DNA of 64,000 nucleotides from Candidatus Ozemobacteraceae bacterium. Lineage in GTDB: Bacteria; Muiribacteriota; Ozemobacteria; Ozemobacterales; Ozemobacteraceae. The notes under the pieces are model-generated. The model did no database searches and had not been told where the DNA came from. It saw only the letters and a list, made by a program, of their open reading frames with translations. The first letter of the stretch is position 1; each line of letters starts with the position of its first letter. The translations under genes and the position numbers were made by a program. This document shows positions 59,530 through 64,000 of this stretch, piece after piece. Location: the NCBI GenBank assembly GCA_965140445.1, contig OZ223236.1:352001-416000 (forward strand). Reading direction: 5' to 3'.

Positions 59530-60522
59530 TTATTTTATAGTTGGGGATTTTTCATCGTTGTCGTCACTCATATCTGGATAAAGCTTTTTTATACAGTTAG
59601 GACATATTCCATGGCTGAACTGAGCATCAGAGTTTTCTTTTACAAAAACTTCTATCTGGCTCCAATACCCCTTATCATTCCTTACATTTTTACAAGCAGA
59701 ACAAATTGGAACCAGCCCTTTTAAAACTTTTACATCCTGCAAAGCTTTCCTGTGTTTATCTATTGCGCCAACTAGCTCTTTTTCTCCCTTTAAAGCATGT
59801 TTAAAAGCAAAAATGATTCCAAATAAACCAAAAAGCCAGATTAAGGCGTGGCTGAGAAAAAGAAAATTCAATTGGTTATTAAAAGTAGATAAAAGTTTGT
59901 CTGCAGGAATATCAACACTAATTCCCCCACGTAATTCGCCTTCTTTGTATCCCTGTTCAGCATGGCACTTTAAACAACTCTTTTCTGTCCATAATGGAGC
60001 CATATAACGAAATTTTTTGGGAGGAACCTCTTCTGACCAGGCAAAGTTTTCATCTGAATAGTTTTTAAAACCCAAAAGTGCATTTTTTTCCCATTCATCA
60101 GGCAAATTCTCAGGCCTTAGAGGTTTTTCACTTGTAATATGAAATTTAACATTTTCACTTTTTTTGGAGATTTCAGAAATTAATCTGGTCATAAACGCAG
60201 GATTAACCATAGTTAGATTTTTACCATTTGTGGTTTGTAAATCTCTGTCAGGAACAGTTAAATATGGGTTTGGCTGGATTTTTTCAGATATGGGAACATA
60301 AACTCCTCCCATTGCGGAATTCCAAAGTCTTGTAGAAACAATCAAATCAAAAAAAGATTTTGCTTGTGCAAGAGCAACATTGGTCATCTGCTTTTTTTCA
60401 CTATCAATTGTATAAACAAGAAAAAGACTTACCAGCAATGTCCAAAGCAACGCTATACCTAAAAAGGTTCTTTCAATGTACGAGCCTCGCAAGGGTTCTT
60501 CCCTAAATTTTTCCTCGCTCAT
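59530..60522 (-). CDS. Membrane sensor: Tll0287/DUF3365-like c-type heme domain plus a small cytoplasmic Cys/His domain
   Basis: Two TMs, NPAFMTR, P.N.PDEWE, CLKCH; C-terminal PICSACK..RNDKGYW...FSHGICPNC. Confidence 0.8.
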   Translation of the reverse strand: MSEEKFREEPLRGSYIERTFLGIALLWTLLVSLFLVYTIDSEKKQMTNVALAQAKSFFDLIVSTRLWNSAMGGVYVPISEKIQPNPYLTVPDRDLQTTNGKNLTMVNPAFMTRLISEISKKSENVKFHITSEKPLRPENLPDEWEKNALLGFKNYSDENFAWSEEVPPKKFRYMAPLWTEKSCLKCHAEQGYKEGELRGGISVDIPADKLLSTFNNQLNFLFLSHALIWLFGLFGIIFAFKHALKGEKELVGAIDKHRKALQDVKVLKGLVPICSACKNVRNDKGYWSQIEVFVKENSDAQFSHGICPNCIKKLYPDMSDDNDEKSPTIK

Positions 60523-60640
60523 AAGATCCCTTTCAAAAGTAATTCAAAAATGAAAAAATCGTTTTGTCTGCCAATATTAGATTCTATCAAAAATAAAACC
60601 TTTTCACCTAAATTCCACTGAAAATTAGATTTTTAAACTA

Positions 60641-61192
60641 TCAAATACATTTTGCCATAAGAATCAGATCTAAATACTCGGTCTCGGAAACTTTTATTTC
60701 TTTAGATTTACGGCCTTCTTTAACAAACCCCAGTGAGCAATACAAACCTATCGCCGATTCATTATTACTTAAAACTTCGAGATTAATCTTTTCAATGGAT
60801 GTATTATCTTTTACCCAATCCAGCAGCTGCAAAAGCATCTCTTTTCCGAGTCCCAAGCCTCGCCATTCTGGAAGAAGTGACATGCCAAAACCGCCCACGT
60901 GAGAGGTTCTTTTAAAAATCTGATTGGAAAAATCCAGCAAGCCAATTGCCTGACCATTTTTCTCGGCAACTATAATCAAACTCTCAGGATGATTTAGATG
61001 GTCATTTATCCATCGCTCTTTTCCCTCGGTTGTGGCGAAAAATTCTTCAGGCTTCATTATTGCCCATGGCGCATTTTGCAAAACCTGCTTTGTAAAACTT
61101 ATTAAAGCGCTTCCATCGCCCTTTTTAGGGGTTCTCAAAATCACTGAGTCCCCATTTTTCAGCTTTACTTTTTTTGCCAGGATTTCGCCCAT
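60641..61192 (-). CDS. GNAT acetyltransferase (RimJ/RimL-like)
   Basis: FGMSLLPEWRGLGLG, N..AIGLY..LGF..EG. Confidence 0.88.
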   Translation of the reverse strand: MGEILAKKVKLKNGDSVILRTPKKGDGSALISFTKQVLQNAPWAIMKPEEFFATTEGKERWINDHLNHPESLIIVAEKNGQAIGLLDFSNQIFKRTSHVGGFGMSLLPEWRGLGLGKEMLLQLLDWVKDNTSIEKINLEVLSNNESAIGLYCSLGFVKEGRKSKEIKVSETEYLDLILMAKCI

Positions 61193-61222
61193 TGTCAGAT
61201 CTTTCTGATATTTCTTTTAATC

Positions 61223-62374
61223 TTATAAACGGTCAGTCAAAAGCATCTGCTCAACGCCGCTAAGATAGAATATGTAAAAACCAGGCTGATCTGCTCCCTG
61301 TGGGAAAGCTGTCCATCGTAACCATGCTTTCATTCTAAGCTTTTTACCCAACCGGTTAGCATTTTGAATTGCAGTATGAACCTTTGCTGGCAAATCCCTG
61401 TCATTATTTATGACTTTAATTTTCAAAAAATCTCTATTGAACATAAGGTAGTCTTTAATGTATTGAAACCAGCTACAACAAGCATAGTCAGCATCAATTA
61501 TCTTTACGGTTAAATCTGAAAGAACGAGAAGATTCGTAGACGGCAATCTATGCATTGAATAATCCAGAACTGCCAGTTCCACTTTTAATTCTTCAAAGTC
61601 CTTATTTACTTCTATTGGATAAGAAACGGACATTATACGATCTAAATTTTTGTCTAATATATCCGCATAAAGCATCAAACCAATAGTTTCATCTTTAATT
61701 TCCAGGTTTCTCAGGTGCATAGTCTGAACTTTTGAGCCAAGCAAAGTATTAAAATCAGCTTCAATCATGCTATACAGGCGGGAAATAACAGAATTGAACT
61801 TTACGAAACGCCCCTCTGGAATTACTTTAAAAAAAGCTATGCTTTGCGAGAATAAAGCAGATTTATGGGACTTATTGAACATAGGTTCAAGTGAATCATG
61901 ATATATCATCATCCACTTTTTACTCTCAGAAAACCTTACCTGCAGCTTAAATCCAGGGTCAGGTCGGTATGCAAACAGAATGCTATAGACCCCTTTCTTT
62001 TCATTTAATGAGATAAGATAGCTTATATGTTGATGGGTTTTACCAATTGTATTAGAAGTTTCATAAAGTTTTACTCCATCCAGTTCAACTGGAAAAGCAC
62101 TAAATGTTGAATATGAATCTGCACTCATTCTTTTATCAGGAACCAGTCCAGATTCTAGTTTTTTTAATACCTCGGGAGTGGGGGCATAAATTGTCTCAGC
62201 AAACAAAAATTCATACGGCAGCAATTGAGGCTGTCGATGAAGGTTGCGAGAAAAATCCTGCTCCAGTTTCAAATTTGCAAAAAACGATCTGTCCAGTTTA
62301 GATTCAACAGCAAAACCAGGTTTTACAAAGATCAAACAGAAAATGGCTAATATTAGAAGCGAAATTTTTCTCAT
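61223..62374 (-). CDS. Secreted hypothetical protein
   Basis: 383-aa ORF with GAGG RBS and signal peptide; no family recognised. Confidence 0.65.
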   Translation of the reverse strand: MRKISLLILAIFCLIFVKPGFAVESKLDRSFFANLKLEQDFSRNLHRQPQLLPYEFLFAETIYAPTPEVLKKLESGLVPDKRMSADSYSTFSAFPVELDGVKLYETSNTIGKTHQHISYLISLNEKKGVYSILFAYRPDPGFKLQVRFSESKKWMMIYHDSLEPMFNKSHKSALFSQSIAFFKVIPEGRFVKFNSVISRLYSMIEADFNTLLGSKVQTMHLRNLEIKDETIGLMLYADILDKNLDRIMSVSYPIEVNKDFEELKVELAVLDYSMHRLPSTNLLVLSDLTVKIIDADYACCSWFQYIKDYLMFNRDFLKIKVINNDRDLPAKVHTAIQNANRLGKKLRMKAWLRWTAFPQGADQPGFYIFYLSGVEQMLLTDRL

Positions 62375-62417
62375 TTTAGTGTCCTCACAATTGCAATAAA
62401 TTCATTCAAGCAAAAAA

Positions 62418-63179
62418 CTAATTAACAGGCTTTTCAAGTTTAAAGATAACAGAAAATGGCCTTTTTTGGAGTCCAAGGGATCTTTTTCTTCCTATTTCAC
62501 GAGCCACTTCGCTATTTTCAGCCATTCTTGGTTCGTCAAATTCGCTCACGGTAAAACCAGCCTTTTTGAAAGCCTTCCAGTAGTCTGACAATGGGCGATG
62601 AAACCATAAGAACTCTGATCTAAAATGGTCCCATGGTGGGCTTTCGCAGCTCTTCCGCTCAAAATAGGAAAAAGCCCAGTGATATGAATATTTATTCTTT
62701 TCGACATTGTGTTCTGCCCAGGCCTGCGGGAAACAAGGATGACTAAACACCAATATGGCTTTTCCACCAGGCTTTAAAACTCTAAAAAATGAGCTTACGG
62801 CAGCTTCAAAATCGGGGACATCCATTAAAACATAGTTTGCAATTAACAAATCAAAAGAATTGCTCTCAATAGAACTAAGCTCGGTCGCAGAATCAACTTG
62901 AAAGTGCAAATCAGGATTCTTTTTGGCGGCAATTTTAATCATCTCCGGTGAAACATCTACACCAGTAGTTATGGCACCTTTTTTGGTCAATTTTCTGCAT
63001 AAGTAGCCGTTTCCGCAACCCACGTCCAGAACCTTTAATGATTTCACATCGCCAGCATAATTCCATAGATAAGGGTCTGAATTAGCCCTTCTGTTGATAT
63101 CTCCATCATCCCCAACCTGAATTTCCCAGTCTTCAGCAAGTTTATCCCAGACCTGGGCAACATCAATATCCGTTTTCAT
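62418..63179 (-). CDS. Class I SAM-dependent methyltransferase
   Basis: VLDVGCGNG, GVDVS, RVLKPGG, HPCF, FHRPLS.Y. Confidence 0.9.
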   Translation of the reverse strand: MKTDIDVAQVWDKLAEDWEIQVGDDGDINRRANSDPYLWNYAGDVKSLKVLDVGCGNGYLCRKLTKKGAITTGVDVSPEMIKIAAKKNPDLHFQVDSATELSSIESNSFDLLIANYVLMDVPDFEAAVSSFFRVLKPGGKAILVFSHPCFPQAWAEHNVEKNKYSYHWAFSYFERKSCESPPWDHFRSEFLWFHRPLSDYWKAFKKAGFTVSEFDEPRMAENSEVAREIGRKRSLGLQKRPFSVIFKLEKPVN

Positions 63180-63225
63180 CGTCTTCTCCGTTCAAAATTC
63201 TCCGGCCTGATTTTAGGACAAAAAA

Positions 63226-63636
63226 CTAAGTCCACTTTTTAGGTGATAACCTGATTACTATTTCATCGCCTTCCTGGCCATCAATTGTTTCGGCGCAGCA
63301 AAACAACTTTCCGTCAGACTCGAGTCTGTAGGTTACTCTCTGGGGAAAATCGTGTCCTGGGTTTTCAAATACCGCCTGATTTTCAGAATAATCGACTAAC
63401 CTGAACTCTACTTCAGATTGGTCTGCAGGCAAAATGAAAAGACACGGGGAATCATCTTTGCCTGTATACTGTAGACGCATGTATTCATAGGTGATTGTTC
63501 TACCACTTTTTATTGTTCGATTCACAGCAAACATTGAATCGCCCTCTGGGAGCATCCATTGTTCCGTAACTACAAATTCACCTTTTCGAGCTTCCCAGTA
63601 GCCGCTAAGCCAAATAAATTCGAGCAATTTTCCCAT
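63226..63636 (-). CDS. DUF6265-like protein
   Basis: WLSGYW, EQW, FENPGHDFPQRVTY. Confidence 0.7.
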   Translation of the reverse strand: MGKLLEFIWLSGYWEARKGEFVVTEQWMLPEGDSMFAVNRTIKSGRTITYEYMRLQYTGKDDSPCLFILPADQSEVEFRLVDYSENQAVFENPGHDFPQRVTYRLESDGKLFCCAETIDGQEGDEIVIRLSPKKWT

Positions 63637-63756
63637 TTCTTCCCCTTAATTTTTGCAACCATGCCAATTCCTGCTTCAAGGTAAACACAAAGCTTCTTAT
63701 GATACTTTAAAGACTCTGAAAAAGAATCAATTTTGAAAAAAAAGTTCCGCTTCTAA

Positions 63757-64000
63757 TTAAGCATTTATAACGTATTTAGCCAGACAAATTGCAGCCTGGT
63801 GATCTTGAGGAGCTTTAAGAGCAATATCAAAAAGTTTAAAAGCTTTTTCATCATTAATTTTCAACCACTGAAATGATTTTTTTGATCCCATATACCACTT
63901 ATTCCTAAGCTGGAAATAAATTGGCAATAAATCTACCAGAAGCCATTGCTGTCTGTAGTTTCCTTCAATATCTCTGCGAGTTATTCTTTCGATCATTTTA
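63757..64000 (-). CDS. C-terminal part of a gene entering from beyond the window, resembling the helical C-terminus of nucleotidyltransferase-domain proteins
   Basis: Frame open to the window edge; EGNYR..WLL.DLL..YF.LR..WY.G.KKSF.WLK. Confidence 0.55.
   Translation of the reverse strand, partial: KMIERITRRDIEGNYRQQWLLVDLLPIYFQLRNKWYMGSKKSFQWLKINDEKAFKLFDIALKAPQDHQAAICLAKYVINA

Noticed and set aside
1..64000. CRISPR arrays, tRNA/rRNA genes, IS elements, prophage
   Set aside because: No regularly spaced repeats, cloverleaf or rRNA-like stretches, transposases, integrases or phage genes were recognised by eye

Overview
A gene-dense, AT-rich bacterial chromosome segment from an anaerobic diderm. 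The SLH-domain beta-barrel protein, TonB receptor, tungsten-type AOR, IleRS2, alpha2-type GlyRS, ThyX and two HAMP-adenylate cyclases are consistent with a Terrabacteria diderm such as Ca. Riflebacteria, but that assignment is an inference. I saw no rRNA, tRNA, CRISPR array, transposase or prophage gene. Contents in order: glyQS (partial), LOG, mobB, moaC-MOSC, an OmpM-like SLH porin with a ~260-nt structured leader, YqgF-like, TPR-deacetylase, typA, a Zn-PLC-like secreted protein, cobalamin riboswitch plus btuB-like receptor, a RanBP2 zinc-finger membrane protein, a glycan-tailoring cluster (methyltransferase, GT2, B12 radical SAM, AsnB, TMTC-like GT-C), an NHL protein, mtnA-aldolase-ileS-dnaN-HEAT, a CHASE4 kinase, an adenylate cyclase, a DUF2760/Hsp70/Hsp70-DUF3731 triad, ankyrin-AOR-ferredoxin, RRM, a sensor-less sigma54 activator with ComFB and STAS, rpmE, thyX, a degenerate PheA, a second adenylate cyclase, a Cache-MCP-Cache module with duplicated promoter, and small accessory genes. 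The best candidates for poorly described systems are the sensor-less sigma54 activator/ComFB/STAS operon, the membrane-anchored GrpE-like protein with two atypical Hsp70s, the chemoreceptor flanked by two stand-alone Cache proteins, and the GT2/GT-C glycosylation cluster with a B12 radical SAM enzyme and an amidotransferase. All family calls come from motif recognition by eye, not database searches.
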